From positions 2,122,070 through 2,186,069 of the forward strand of contig OZ244795.1 in NCBI GenBank assembly GCA_965219925.1: a DNA stretch of 64,000 bases, read 5' to 3'. This DNA comes from Dehalococcoidia bacterium. Lineage in GTDB: Bacteria; Chloroflexota; Dehalococcoidia; Lucifugimonadales; UBA3495. A program made the position numbers and the translations under genes. Within the stretch, counting starts at the first letter, position 1; each line of letters starts with the position of its first letter. The notes beneath the pieces are model-generated. The model did no database searches and was not told where the DNA came from. It saw nothing but the letters and a program-made list of their open reading frames with translations. This document shows, piece after piece, positions 35,934 through 45,870 of this stretch.

Positions 35934-36821
35934 ATGCCCACCGGAGTAGTAATCGTTCAACAATACCAGCGGATGGTGGTGCAGCGTTTCGGCACTTACA
36001 TCGGAAACAAAAGGCCGGGCATACACCTGTTGATTCCGTTCCTTTACCAAGGCACCAAGGTGGACCTGCGCGAACGCGTAACGCGGGTTCCTACCCAGAA
36101 ATACATCACCGCGGACAATGTGGTGGTGGACATGGACTTCGTGATCTACTACCGGGTGATGGAAGATCAGGTGGACCGGGCGGTGCTGGAGGTACAGAAC
36201 TTCGAGCAGGCCGTTATCAATCTGGCCTTTGCCACCCTGCGCGCCGTCATCGGAGCCATTGAACTGGCCACCGCGCTGTCGGAACGCGAACGCATCCGTG
36301 ATGAAGTTCAACTGCGCATGGACGAGGTGACCAGCCGGTGGGGCGTCAAGGTTTCCCAGGTCGAGATCAACGAGGTTGACCCGCCCCAGGGCGTGAAAGC
36401 TGCGATGGAACGCCAAAAATCCGCCGAAGCCATCAAAACCGCCGATATCACCGAGTCAGAAGGTCAGCGGCAAGCCCAAATCAACCGCGCCGAGGGTGAA
36501 AAGCAGTCTGCCATCCTGCAGGCAGAAGGTCTGCGGCAGGCGGACATTTTGCAGGCCGAGGGTGAACAGCAGGCCACCGTGCTGCGTGCCGACGGGTTCA
36601 GCACCGCACTGGATCGCATCTATAACGTTGCCAGGACCGTCGATGCCCGTACCATGAGCCTGCAATATTTCGACACGCTGAAGTCCTTGGGCGCCAGTCC
36701 GTCAACCAAGTTCATCTTTCCCATGGAGTTCACCTCCATGCTGTCCCCGTTCCTCGGGATGGGCAATAACAACCAGGGCGGCGACAATAACTCCAACGGC
36801 AACGATAACAACCGCCAATAA
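35934..36821 (+). CDS. SPFH/band 7 (stomatin-like) protein
   Basis: VVIVQQYQRMVVQRFGTYIGNKRPGIHLLIPFLYQ...ITADNVVVDMDFVIYYRV, followed by a coiled-coil AEGE repeat region. This is the classic NfeD-stomatin operon pair. Confidence 0.9.
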   Translation: MPTGVVIVQQYQRMVVQRFGTYIGNKRPGIHLLIPFLYQGTKVDLRERVTRVPTQKYITADNVVVDMDFVIYYRVMEDQVDRAVLEVQNFEQAVINLAFATLRAVIGAIELATALSERERIRDEVQLRMDEVTSRWGVKVSQVEINEVDPPQGVKAAMERQKSAEAIKTADITESEGQRQAQINRAEGEKQSAILQAEGLRQADILQAEGEQQATVLRADGFSTALDRIYNVARTVDARTMSLQYFDTLKSLGASPSTKFIFPMEFTSMLSPFLGMGNNNQGGDNNSNGNDNNRQ

Positions 36822-36848
36822 GCGATTCGCTCCAGGCTGATCGCCGGT

Positions 36849-37823
36849 TCAGCGCTGATTGAACAGGCCGGCGACCTTACCATCATCTGCCAGGAGCCGC
36901 AGGGCGGCGGCATAGGGTTCCGTCGCCTTGGTGTCGATACCGGCGAGAATCTCTGCCATAGTCGGGTCATTGCGTATCAGCGCGGTGACCCGGCGATGCA
37001 GTTCCTCCTGTACCGATTCCAAAAACTCCTGCCGCCTTCGTTCCACGCGGCGTCGCTCAAGGTTACCGGAATCAGTCAGGAACTTTCGGTGCTCCTCTAC
37101 CCCGCTCCAGAATTCGGCAACGCCGACGTTGGCGTGGGCCTGTGTCAGCAACACCGGCGGATTCCATCCCTTAGCCAGGTCCGCCAGGTGCAGCATGTTG
37201 GTAACTGCTGTTGCCATCTGATTGGCGCCGTCGCGGTCGGCTTTGTTGATTACATAAATATCGGCGATTTCCATCACTCCGGCCTTCAGGGTCTGGATGG
37301 AGTCGCCGGATTCGGGCATCATGGCTACCGCCACTGAGTCAGCCACGCCCATAATGCCCAGTTCGGTTTGACCAACCCCCACCGTCTCCACCAGTATGAC
37401 GTCTTTGCCGGCCGCGTCCAGCACGCGCACCATGCTCTTTACGATGCGAGGCAGCCCTCCTGATTGTCCGCGCGTCGCGACGCTGCGGATGAATACGCCG
37501 TCGTCCAGATAGTGTCGCTGCATTCTGATCCGGTCGCCCAGCAGCGCGCCGCCGGTGAATGGACTGGTGGGATCTACGGCCAGGACGCCCACGGTCAACC
37601 CGGATTGGCGCAGGTGCTCCGTCAACCGATCCACCAGGGTGCTTTTGCCCACGCCGGGTGGCCCGGTGATGCCCACGGTGTAGGCGCGGCCTGTGTGCGG
37701 GTCCAGTTGTTCCATCGCCGGGGACGCTGATGCGTCGCCCCGTTCCAACAGGGTTAAAAGCCTGGAAACCGCCCGTAATTCGCCGCGCAATGTGCGGTCA
37801 GCTAGTTCGTTCATCAGACTCAT
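36849..37823 (-). CDS. meaB: methylmalonyl-CoA mutase-associated G3E GTPase MeaB/ArgK
   Basis: Contains RAVSRLLTLLE, P-loop GPPGVGKSTL, VETVGVGQ and INKADRDG. Confidence 0.85.
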   Translation of the reverse strand: MSLMNELADRTLRGELRAVSRLLTLLERGDASASPAMEQLDPHTGRAYTVGITGPPGVGKSTLVDRLTEHLRQSGLTVGVLAVDPTSPFTGGALLGDRIRMQRHYLDDGVFIRSVATRGQSGGLPRIVKSMVRVLDAAGKDVILVETVGVGQTELGIMGVADSVAVAMMPESGDSIQTLKAGVMEIADIYVINKADRDGANQMATAVTNMLHLADLAKGWNPPVLLTQAHANVGVAEFWSGVEEHRKFLTDSGNLERRRVERRRQEFLESVQEELHRRVTALIRNDPTMAEILAGIDTKATEPYAAALRLLADDGKVAGLFNQR

Positions 37824-37905
37824 AGGGGGCGGAAATCGTAACACAATGGCGAAACACGTCGGTGAATCTAACACTGATACTCAGGCTGGTCAAGGAGTTA
37901 CCAGC

Positions 37906-38096
37906 GCTCACGCATACCCGCTTTGTCAAACCAAACCAGCCTACTGTCATTGCGAGGAGCGTAGCCGCTCATGGTGAGCCTGTCGAACCACGTGGCAATC
38001 TCGTTGGGGTTGAGTACACGTCGGGTAACCATCATTGCTACGGCGACGAGATTGCCACGCTGCGCTCGCAATGACAGATTAAAGCGGGTACGCATC
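37906..38096. repeat. MITE-like nested palindromic repeat, full-length copy E (core 37945-38076)
   Basis: Outer arms ctcacgcatacccgcttt...aaagcgggtacgcatcagg. The 132-bp core is the same length as copy A and near-identical to it. Confidence 0.85.
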
Positions 38097-38183
38097 AGGT
38101 GACCCGCGCCATGCGCTTAACAATGCAGCGTCCAGCGGTTATCATCGTCCTCGAATTGAACACCAACTCCGACTATTAACGAG

Positions 38184-39071
38184 GTGAGCGACATGACAAT
38201 GCCATCCGACACGCTGCAGGGCAAGGTGGCCATCGTTACCGGCGCGGCCAGCCCGATTGGCATGGGTCGGTCCATCACTACCGGTCTGGTTCGCGCCGGC
38301 GCCCGTGTGGCAATGCTGGACATCAACGAGGACTGGCTGGATCAAACCGCCAACGATATGAGGGAGCTGGGCGGAGACGCGGCGGTTCTGCCTATCATTG
38401 CGGATGTAACCGACCCCGATTCAGTGCAAGCCGCCGTCAGCCGTACCATCAGCGAGATGGGTGGGTTGCATATCCTGGTCAACAACGCCGGCATAAATCC
38501 GCGCACCGCCGGGTTCACCACCAGCGGGGCTTCCGGCAGCCGCAACGATTTCTGGGGCATTGCGCCCGAGGCCTGGCTCCGGGTCATATCCGTCAACCTC
38601 AGCGGGCCTTTCCTGATGTCTCACGCCGTGGCGCCCCATTTCCTTGAGCAAGGGTCTGGTCGCATCATCGGCGTAACCACCAGCATGGATACCATGTGGC
38701 GGAGAGGGGGCGCTCCGTATGGCCCCTCCAAGGCTGGGCACGAGGCGCTGATAGCCATCATGGCGCAGGATTTCGAAGGCAGTGGCGTCACGGCAAACGT
38801 GTTGACTCCGGGCGGAGCCACGGCCACCAACATGGTGCTGCCGCCGGAGGGCGCCACCGCCGAGGCTCTGATTCAACCCGAGGTCATGCAGTCGCCCGTA
38901 GTCTGGATCGCATCTGACGACGCCAGCGACTGGAACGGGCGGCGCATCATTGCTTATTATTGGGATGAGTCATTGCCGCTGGCGGAGCGTTTGGAGAAAT
39001 GCAGCGCTCCGGCGGCCTGGCCGCAACTGGGGCTGCAGGCAGTGCATCCAGACTGGTATGGATGCGGCTGA
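38184..39071 (+). CDS. SDR family oxidoreductase
   Basis: Contains GKVAIVTGAASPIGMG, NNAGI and YGPSK. The start may be 38184 (GTG) or 38193 (ATG). Confidence 0.85.
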   Translation: MSDMTMPSDTLQGKVAIVTGAASPIGMGRSITTGLVRAGARVAMLDINEDWLDQTANDMRELGGDAAVLPIIADVTDPDSVQAAVSRTISEMGGLHILVNNAGINPRTAGFTTSGASGSRNDFWGIAPEAWLRVISVNLSGPFLMSHAVAPHFLEQGSGRIIGVTTSMDTMWRRGGAPYGPSKAGHEALIAIMAQDFEGSGVTANVLTPGGATATNMVLPPEGATAEALIQPEVMQSPVVWIASDDASDWNGRRIIAYYWDESLPLAERLEKCSAPAAWPQLGLQAVHPDWYGCG

Positions 39072-39102
39072 TTGCGTCCCTGACCCGATGCAAATTGAGA
39101 TG

Positions 39103-39139
39103 AAAACGGCCCCCCGGCACGTGCCGGGGGGGCCGTTTC
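39103..39139. terminator. bidirectional intrinsic terminator between convergent genes
   Basis: Near-perfect GC-rich palindrome aaaacggccccccggcac|gtgccgggggggccgtttc, flanked by A-run and T-run. Confidence 0.7.
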
Positions 39140-39156
39140 AATTCCTCATAGAGTAA

Positions 39157-41367
39157 TCAGTGTCTGAATCCCGTCTCAAACCCGCGGGCGGCCGGATTAA
39201 TCAGCAGGTCGGGCCGATTGCCCCAGCGGCGCAGGAACCGACCGAAGTTTTTGCGGCTGAGTTCGTCGCGCTGATTGTTGTCCAGTTCCTCCCATTGGCG
39301 GTGTTCGTGTCGCACCAGCGGCAGGCTGCTGTCGCACACGATTCGGAAACCGGCATTTTTGAACTGGAAGCAGTAGTCGATGTCCAGGTTGCGGTAAAAC
39401 CGGAATGACTCGTGCATCAAACCCACGGCAACCAGGTCATCGCGGCGGAACGACATGCAGTAAGCCTGCATTGCGTCGGCGTCACCCCGGTCCACCTCCT
39501 CGTGGAAGTGTTGCATGTCGTCCGTGGTGAGACCATACGGGCCAAATACGCCCACTGACCGGTCGGCGAGTTGCTCGGCCACCGGCTTCAGCATGTCCCC
39601 TACAACTTCTACGGAAGCGTCCATCAGCAGAATATAACGGCCCCGGGCCTGTTTGAGGCCGATGTTTTTGCCCGCAGCATCGCCCACCACGTGGTCGCAG
39701 TGAATTACCTTGACGTTGCTGTGCTGCCTTTGGGCCTCTTCCAGGTAATCGGCAGTGCCGTCGGTGGACCCGTTGTCCACGACAACAACCTCCACAGAGG
39801 CGCCGGACGTGTTGGCCAAAATCGACTCCACGCAACGCCGCACGTCGTCTACGTAATCGTAGGCGTTGATCAAGAAGGTGAAATCGTACAAATCGGGTTG
39901 GTCCAACAATGACGGAATCTCCCGCGAGGCAGAAACGGACACCCAGCGAGATTCCTGCTTTTCCAACGGCGTTTGGGGACGCACTCGGGAGGTTTCGCCA
40001 ACGTCTTCTACGACCAGGCCTTCGGACAGAACGTTGGAGCGCAGGGCATCGGCGTCGGCGAAGGCTGCCTGCTGACGGAGCGCCATCCGGCGGGCGATCA
40101 GCTCAGACGCATCGGGACTAATGTCGTATTCGGCTGGTACGTCGTCCAGATCGAGGCCGAAAACGCGGTCAAAGTCCAGAATCAATTCCAGTTTGTCCGC
40201 CGGTGGGAGATGTGAACTCGCCATGTCCCAGGTGATTGCCAGCCCCCTGGGAAGATCGAGGTCATTGTGCACTGCGTCCCAGAACCGATTGCGCCAATCT
40301 TCCACCACGCTCCGGTCTTCCAGGCGAGATGAGCTGTCCATCGGCGCATTTTGCCAGTTCCACACCCGGTTGCGCAGGCTGGTGAGAGCCTTCTCCGCGG
40401 CGCGCAGCGAGGTGAACGTGAAATTCATGCGGTGGCGGTATCGGACTGTCATACACAGGTAACGGAAGGCCAGCGGATTGAAACCGCGAGTGGCCAGGTC
40501 CTCGATGAGGAAGACGTTGCCCGCCGATTTTGCCATCTTGGCGCCATCGGCTAAAAGGTGCTGCCCATGTATCCAATAGTTAACGTGCCGGTTGCCGAAA
40601 GCGCCTTCGCTCTGGGCGATCTCATCTTCGTGATGGGGGAACACGTTGTCCACGCCACCGGTATGGATGTCGAACCGTTCTCCCAGATACTTATGGGCCA
40701 TCGCCGAACATTCGATGTGCCAGCCCGGAAAGCCCTCGCCCCAGGGACTGTCCCATTTCACGTCCCGGCCAGGTTCAGCCGCCTTCCAAAGCGTAAAGTC
40801 GCGAGGGTCCCGCTTCAGCGGGTCAGCTTCTGCCCGCACGCCTTCCAGCAAATCACCGCCGAAGTTATTCGACAGCTTGCCGTATTCGGCGTAGCTATTC
40901 ACATCGAAATAAATGTTCCCGCCGGCTTCGTATGCCGATCCGTTTTCCATCAACGTCCCAACCATCTCCAGCATTTCCGGGATGTGTTGGGATGCCCAGG
41001 GGAATACGTGGGCCGGCAGAATGTTCAGGTGTGTTTCGTCGCGCCAGAAGCAATCGGCGTAAAACTCGCCGATCTCCTGAATGGTCTTGCCTTCTTCCAG
41101 CGCGGCCATGATCATCTTGTCGCCGCCCGCCTCAACCAGCTCCTGCCGCATGTGGCCGACGTCGGTGATGTTTTTGATGTGGTAAACCTCGTTACCGTCG
41201 GCGGTCAGAATACGACGTATCCAGTCTGCCATCAGGTAAGTACGCAGGTTGCCGATGTGCGCGTACCGGTACACCGTCGGTCCACAGGTGTACATGGTGA
41301 CGCGACCCGGCGTCATGGGCTTGATTTCCTCGACGGATTTGGTAAGGGTGTTATAAATTTGTAGCAC
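39157..41367 (-). CDS. cysS: cysteine--tRNA ligase fused to a C-terminal family 2 glycosyltransferase domain
   Basis: 736 aa in one frame. Residues 1 to about 465 carry [40 protein letters not shown] and a C-terminal helical region ([20 protein letters not shown]). Residues about 494-736 carry [22 protein letters not shown] and YILLMDASV (GT-A/GT2). Confidence 0.8.
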   Translation of the reverse strand: MLQIYNTLTKSVEEIKPMTPGRVTMYTCGPTVYRYAHIGNLRTYLMADWIRRILTADGNEVYHIKNITDVGHMRQELVEAGGDKMIMAALEEGKTIQEIGEFYADCFWRDETHLNILPAHVFPWASQHIPEMLEMVGTLMENGSAYEAGGNIYFDVNSYAEYGKLSNNFGGDLLEGVRAEADPLKRDPRDFTLWKAAEPGRDVKWDSPWGEGFPGWHIECSAMAHKYLGERFDIHTGGVDNVFPHHEDEIAQSEGAFGNRHVNYWIHGQHLLADGAKMAKSAGNVFLIEDLATRGFNPLAFRYLCMTVRYRHRMNFTFTSLRAAEKALTSLRNRVWNWQNAPMDSSSRLEDRSVVEDWRNRFWDAVHNDLDLPRGLAITWDMASSHLPPADKLELILDFDRVFGLDLDDVPAEYDISPDASELIARRMALRQQAAFADADALRSNVLSEGLVVEDVGETSRVRPQTPLEKQESRWVSVSASREIPSLLDQPDLYDFTFLINAYDYVDDVRRCVESILANTSGASVEVVVVDNGSTDGTADYLEEAQRQHSNVKVIHCDHVVGDAAGKNIGLKQARGRYILLMDASVEVVGDMLKPVAEQLADRSVGVFGPYGLTTDDMQHFHEEVDRGDADAMQAYCMSFRRDDLVAVGLMHESFRFYRNLDIDYCFQFKNAGFRIVCDSSLPLVRHEHRQWEELDNNQRDELSRKNFGRFLRRWGNRPDLLINPAARGFETGFRH

Positions 41368-41486
41368 GTATCACCTCCCCCAGGCGGGTGGTTGGCGCCA
41401 GTTTAGCACGGAGATTCCCGGATTGCACACTTGCGGCGCGGCATCCCGGAGCAGACTGACCCAGGGACCTGGCAACGCCGGGTACA

Positions 41487-41524
41487 CCGGTGGCGCGCCG
41501 ATGGACAATTCCGGCGCGCCACCG
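41487..41524 (-). terminator. GC-rich hairpin just downstream of the CoA-transferase gene
   Basis: Stem ccggtggcgcgccg (41487-41500) pairs with cggcgcgccaccg (41512-41524), 15 nt after the stop at 41540. No clear U-tract. Confidence 0.35.
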
Positions 41525-41539
41525 ATCGCCACCACACGA

Positions 41540-43843
41540 TTATTGCTGTGGCGTCACCACCACTCCCGATGCCTTGAGGCCCTCGATCTCGGCGCTGAAA
41601 TACCCGACTTCGTTCAATATCTCATCCGTGTGCAAACCGAACCAGGGCGCCGGAATGCCCAACCGCGGCGGTGTGGCCGACAGGCGCGCGGTGGTGCCCG
41701 AGTGATCCACGCGCCCCCAAACGGGATGCTCCCGCGTAACGATAAAACCGGCGCTGCGTACCACCGGGTCATCCCGGTAATCTTCCATCGTGAGGTTGGC
41801 CGTAACCGATACGCCCAAGGGACGCAGCGTACGCGCCCAGTGTTCTATCGTGCCCTTGCCGATGGCATCAGACAACGCCGCCACAGTTGCTTCGTCAGTA
41901 CCGGCTTGCGTTGCGGCGGCTAGTTCGGGCAACGCCAGCGCAACCTGCCACGCTGCGTCCGCAGGCGCGTGCAGATACAACCATCCGTCGGATGCCTGGT
42001 ACAGCCGGGAGCGCGGCGAGTAACCGCGCACGTCCACGCCCTCCAGGTCGGCCCGTTGGTATCCTTCGTAATCCAGGAAATAGGGCGACTGCAACAGGCC
42101 GGCGGTCAGGGCCAGGCCACTGTCCACTGATTGTCCCTGTCCGGTGCGGTTGCGTTCGTGCAGCGCCAGCGCCACGGCGTATGCTCCCATCAGGCCGGTG
42201 CCGTAGTCATTCACCGCGTACGGCGACAGCATGGGTGGCCCGTCGCGACCACCGCGGCGTACCTGCATCCCGCTGGTGCCTTGAGCCAGCTGTTCCCAAC
42301 CGGCTCGCTCCGACCAGGGGCCATCGTAACCAAAGGCGTTCAGCGAAGCGTACACGATGTCGGGCTTTACTTTCTTGACCGCTTCGTAACCCAGCCCCAG
42401 CCGGTCAACCGCCGATTTGCGGTTGTTTTCCACAATGACGTCGGCGGTTTCAACCAGTTTCCAGAACACCGCCCGACCTTCGTCAGACTTGAGATTGAGC
42501 ATGATGCTGCGTTTGCCCCGGTTGACGTCGATGTACCCCACCGGGTCCAGAATTCTGGTCGGATCGTCGATTTTGATGACGTCCGCGCCAAACTCGCCCA
42601 GCGTGCGTCCGCAGGTCGGGCCGGCGAGGATGATGCACAAATCGAGCACTCTCACGCCCTGGAGGGCGCTCATTACGTTCCCGTTGGCAGCGGGGGGCTG
42701 TGTCCTGGACGGCGGCGTCGCTGCGGCCTCGGAAAGGACGGCATCGGTGTGCTCGCCCAGCCTGGGAGCTCCGCCCCGTATCGCGCCGGGAGTGCCCCTC
42801 AAACGAACCTGTACGCCGGGTTGTTTCATGGTTCCCCGCTCGGGATCTTCCACATCAACAACCATCTTCCCGGCGATGGCGTGCTCGTGCACCAGCCATT
42901 CGTCAACGGTCTTGCACACCGTGCAGGCCCCTCCCTGGGCGTTGATGTCGGTTTCCCATTGCCACGCCGTGCGGTCTTTGAACATCTCGGCGAACCGCCC
43001 CTGCCACATTTCCAGCGTTGCTGGGTCAACGGGCCGGCCGAACAGAGATACCGCTTCTTCTATCCAGTCCTCCCGGCCGGCGGCGGTGAGAGTTTGGCGG
43101 GCGAATCGTTCAAACATGCCGTGATGGTAAACCCAACGGCCATCGGCGCACTCATATGGGTGGGACATTACGGCCCGCGGGAAATCGAATCGGTCCACGT
43201 ATTCATAGTCGTGGAACTTGATGATGCGGCTGCCCATGGCGGTAAACATCGCCGAGTGCAACGGCACCTCGATGCGTTGCCCTTTCCCCGACTTGTCCCG
43301 CGCGTTCACGGCCATCACAACGGATACGGATCCCAGCAGAGCGGCGAAGGTACTGGCGACCGGGAGCGGCGTAAAAAGCGGATCACCGCCGCTTTCACCG
43401 GTTTCAGCATAAAAACCCGTTTCCGCGCTGATCACCGGATCCCACCCGGCCTCGTTGCGGCTGGGGTGTTCTTCCCCATAGCCCGGCAGAGAACAGTAGA
43501 TGAGACCGGGGTTGTCTGCTGACAGCTCAGCGTAACCGATGCCCAGGCGGTCGGCCACGCCGGGCCGGTAATTCTCAATGACCACGTCGGCGTTGGCGGC
43601 CAGTTTCCGTGCGTTTTCGCGGCCGGCATCGGATTTGAGGTCCAGAACCACCGAGCGCTTGCCCCGGTTCCAGGTGGCGAACGCCGGTTCAGACCGGCCC
43701 GGATCGCCTCCCGGCCGCTCAACCTTGATGACGTGGGCTCCCTGGTCGGAGAGCAGCATGCCCAGCATTGGGCCGGGGATGTATTGGCCAAATTCGACAA
43801 CGTGGATGTCTCGCAATGCTCCGGCAGCGCCGTTGGTGGTCAT
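41540..43843 (-). CDS. tandem-duplicated family III (CaiB/BaiF/Frc-type) CoA-transferase, two full domains in one chain
   Basis: 767 aa. Half 1: LRDIHVVEFGQYIPGPMLGMLLSDQGAHVIKVERPGGDP...AGWDPVISAETG. Half 2: LQGVRVLDLCIILAGPTCGRTLGEFGADVIKIDDP...AGWEQLAQGTSG. Confidence 0.8.
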   Translation of the reverse strand: MTTNGAAGALRDIHVVEFGQYIPGPMLGMLLSDQGAHVIKVERPGGDPGRSEPAFATWNRGKRSVVLDLKSDAGRENARKLAANADVVIENYRPGVADRLGIGYAELSADNPGLIYCSLPGYGEEHPSRNEAGWDPVISAETGFYAETGESGGDPLFTPLPVASTFAALLGSVSVVMAVNARDKSGKGQRIEVPLHSAMFTAMGSRIIKFHDYEYVDRFDFPRAVMSHPYECADGRWVYHHGMFERFARQTLTAAGREDWIEEAVSLFGRPVDPATLEMWQGRFAEMFKDRTAWQWETDINAQGGACTVCKTVDEWLVHEHAIAGKMVVDVEDPERGTMKQPGVQVRLRGTPGAIRGGAPRLGEHTDAVLSEAAATPPSRTQPPAANGNVMSALQGVRVLDLCIILAGPTCGRTLGEFGADVIKIDDPTRILDPVGYIDVNRGKRSIMLNLKSDEGRAVFWKLVETADVIVENNRKSAVDRLGLGYEAVKKVKPDIVYASLNAFGYDGPWSERAGWEQLAQGTSGMQVRRGGRDGPPMLSPYAVNDYGTGLMGAYAVALALHERNRTGQGQSVDSGLALTAGLLQSPYFLDYEGYQRADLEGVDVRGYSPRSRLYQASDGWLYLHAPADAAWQVALALPELAAATQAGTDEATVAALSDAIGKGTIEHWARTLRPLGVSVTANLTMEDYRDDPVVRSAGFIVTREHPVWGRVDHSGTTARLSATPPRLGIPAPWFGLHTDEILNEVGYFSAEIEGLKASGVVVTPQQ

Positions 43844-43960
43844 GTTTTTCTCCTTTGGATTCCACCGGGCGCGGTGGGTTCCGTAAGAATCGTCGCGTCC
43901 GTCTGGTGAATAATTTGAAGGGTGATAAATACTGTATCCGGTGTTTCAGGCCGGCGAGGT

Positions 43961-45088
43961 TTACGATTGGGCGAACCTCCCCGGATCGCACCCCTTGAGG
44001 CTGATGTCGGATTGGCCGCTTGCCATCAGGTCGGCGACACCTTTGCCCATTGCGGGGCCAAGTAAAATGCCCTTCTTTTGGCCGCCGGCGGAAATGTACA
44101 CGTTGTCCCAACCCGGCGCTGACCCAACGATCGGTATCCAGTCGGGTGTAACGGGTCGCAGGCAGGCGGTATGTTTGGCTATGGCGGCGTTCGCCAGCCA
44201 GGGCACCAGCCGCACCGCATTTTTCAGTATCTGCTCGCGGGCCTCCTCAGTGAGGGAGAGGTCGAATCCAGCCTCCTCTTCGGTGGCCCCGCACCAAATC
44301 AGGCCATCGGTCTTGGCGTACATCGAGCTGCCGGCTCCGATCAACTCGTACTCCAGCCCCGGCCCGTCAGGTTGCAGCCGAATGATCTGGCCCTTGAGCG
44401 GATCAACTGGGATGGCAATGTCCAGCCACTGCTCAGCCGTGCGGCACCAGGGCCCGGCGGCGATCAGCAGTGCGGCGCACGAAATCTCGCCGTCGCTGGT
44501 CACCACCGATTCAACCCGTCCGTTGCCCAGACGCAACCCGATTGCGCTCGCGCTGACCACTTTGCTCCCGCGATTGACAGCCGCCGAGGCCAAAGCCTGC
44601 GTGAACTCCTGTCCATCCAGCGCACCGTTGCCCACTGCTCGCACGCCGCCGATGATATCCGGAGAGACGCGCGGTTCGATCGCCAGCACGTCTTCCCGCT
44701 CCAGCCATTCGGCAGAGAAACCGGGCTCGGTCGTACCGTTGAATGTGGCCAGGGTGTCACGAAGGTCGGGCAGCTCGTCCTCGGCAAACGCGACTTTCAG
44801 GATGGAACTAAACCGCCCGTGATAATCGATCCCGGTTTCTTCCGGGAGTTGCCGCCACAATTCCTGGTGCAGGCGGAACGACTGCAGGGCCATCGGCAGC
44901 AACGGGTCCGGCCAACCGTGGCCTTCCAGCGGATTCAGTCCGCCGGCGTTGTATCCGGAGGCCTGGCTCGCAATATCTTCCCTTTCAATGATGGTGGAGG
45001 TAATTCCGTTCTGTGCCAGATAATAAGCGGCGGAACATCCGGCGATGCCGCCACCGATAATTACGACATCAGTCGCGTGTTCTTGCAT
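43961..45088 (-). CDS. FAD-dependent oxidoreductase (DAO / glycine-sarcosine oxidase-like)
   Basis: N-terminal dinucleotide fold DVVIIGGGIAGCSAAYYLAQNG. 375 aa. Confidence 0.8.
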   Translation of the reverse strand: MQEHATDVVIIGGGIAGCSAAYYLAQNGITSTIIEREDIASQASGYNAGGLNPLEGHGWPDPLLPMALQSFRLHQELWRQLPEETGIDYHGRFSSILKVAFAEDELPDLRDTLATFNGTTEPGFSAEWLEREDVLAIEPRVSPDIIGGVRAVGNGALDGQEFTQALASAAVNRGSKVVSASAIGLRLGNGRVESVVTSDGEISCAALLIAAGPWCRTAEQWLDIAIPVDPLKGQIIRLQPDGPGLEYELIGAGSSMYAKTDGLIWCGATEEEAGFDLSLTEEAREQILKNAVRLVPWLANAAIAKHTACLRPVTPDWIPIVGSAPGWDNVYISAGGQKKGILLGPAMGKGVADLMASGQSDISLKGCDPGRFAQS

Positions 45089-45170
45089 GACAAAGTCCTC
45101 TCGACGGGATTGTGGGTGTTGAAACGGCGTGGTTTGGTGGATAGGATATAATCGGGATCCGGAGGTGTCT

Positions 45171-45428
45171 ATGCCAATCTATGAGTACCGTTGCTCGGAA
45201 TGCGGTACCGAATTCGAATCTATTCGTCCGGTATCTCGCGCCGACGACCCAATTGAATGTAAAGCGTGCCGGCAGCCAGCGACCCGCCAAATCTCCAATT
45301 TTTCGTTCAAGTCCGACACTTTCACCGCGCCCAAGTTACGCAATCGCCCCAGCTCCACCTTTCGCGGCCGAAGCACTGCTGACGCTGAATCCGGACAACC
45401 GCAAAACTCGGACGCGCCGCCCGATTAG
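45171..45428 (+). CDS. FmdB family zinc-ribbon protein
   Basis: MPIYEYRCSECGTEFE...IECKACRQ (CxxC...CxxC). GGAGG RBS. Confidence 0.8.
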   Translation: MPIYEYRCSECGTEFESIRPVSRADDPIECKACRQPATRQISNFSFKSDTFTAPKLRNRPSSTFRGRSTADAESGQPQNSDAPPD

Positions 45429-45453
45429 CGAAACGCCGGCGGAGACGGTGGGG

Positions 45454-45807
45454 TCACTGCCGCGCCGCCCTGGCTTCGTTGCACGCGATGCAGGTGCAGG
45501 CGGCGCGCAGCACTCGGTAAGTATATATGCCCGTGTAGTGGGCGTCGCTCCACAGGAATTGCAGGGCGTACTGACCGACTGGCATTTGGTCGACGGCTCG
45601 AACTTCCCGGTCCACGCTGTCCGGGTCCAGCAACGCCCGGCCCGTCATCTCCTCGACGCAGGAAGCGCACGGGCAGCGTAGTCGCAGCATCCGGTGCGAG
45701 TATATTCCCCGGTGGCCGTCGTCCCAGTTGATGATGATGGCGTTCCCAGAGATGTCTACGTCGATGGGTTTGATGATGTCGTTAGTAGCCACGGTGTCTC
45801 GCTGCAA
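45454..45807 (-). CDS. DUF971 (gamma-butyrobetaine hydroxylase N-terminal-like) protein
   Basis: Contains INWDDGHRGIYSHRMLRLRCPCASC and QFLWSDAHYTGIYTYRVLR. TTG start is tentative. Confidence 0.7.
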   Translation of the reverse strand: MQRDTVATNDIIKPIDVDISGNAIIINWDDGHRGIYSHRMLRLRCPCASCVEEMTGRALLDPDSVDREVRAVDQMPVGQYALQFLWSDAHYTGIYTYRVLRAACTCIACNEARAARQ

Positions 45808-45870
45808 TCTGATTGGTGTTCTGCGTCCCAGGGTGGGGCGCCGCCTTGCCGGCAGCGCTAACCGGTAGCG

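Noticed and set aside
35934-36821. SPFH/NfeD pair as a novel system
   Set aside because: This is the widespread, well-described NfeD-stomatin operon arrangement, and nothing unusual was seen in the sequences.
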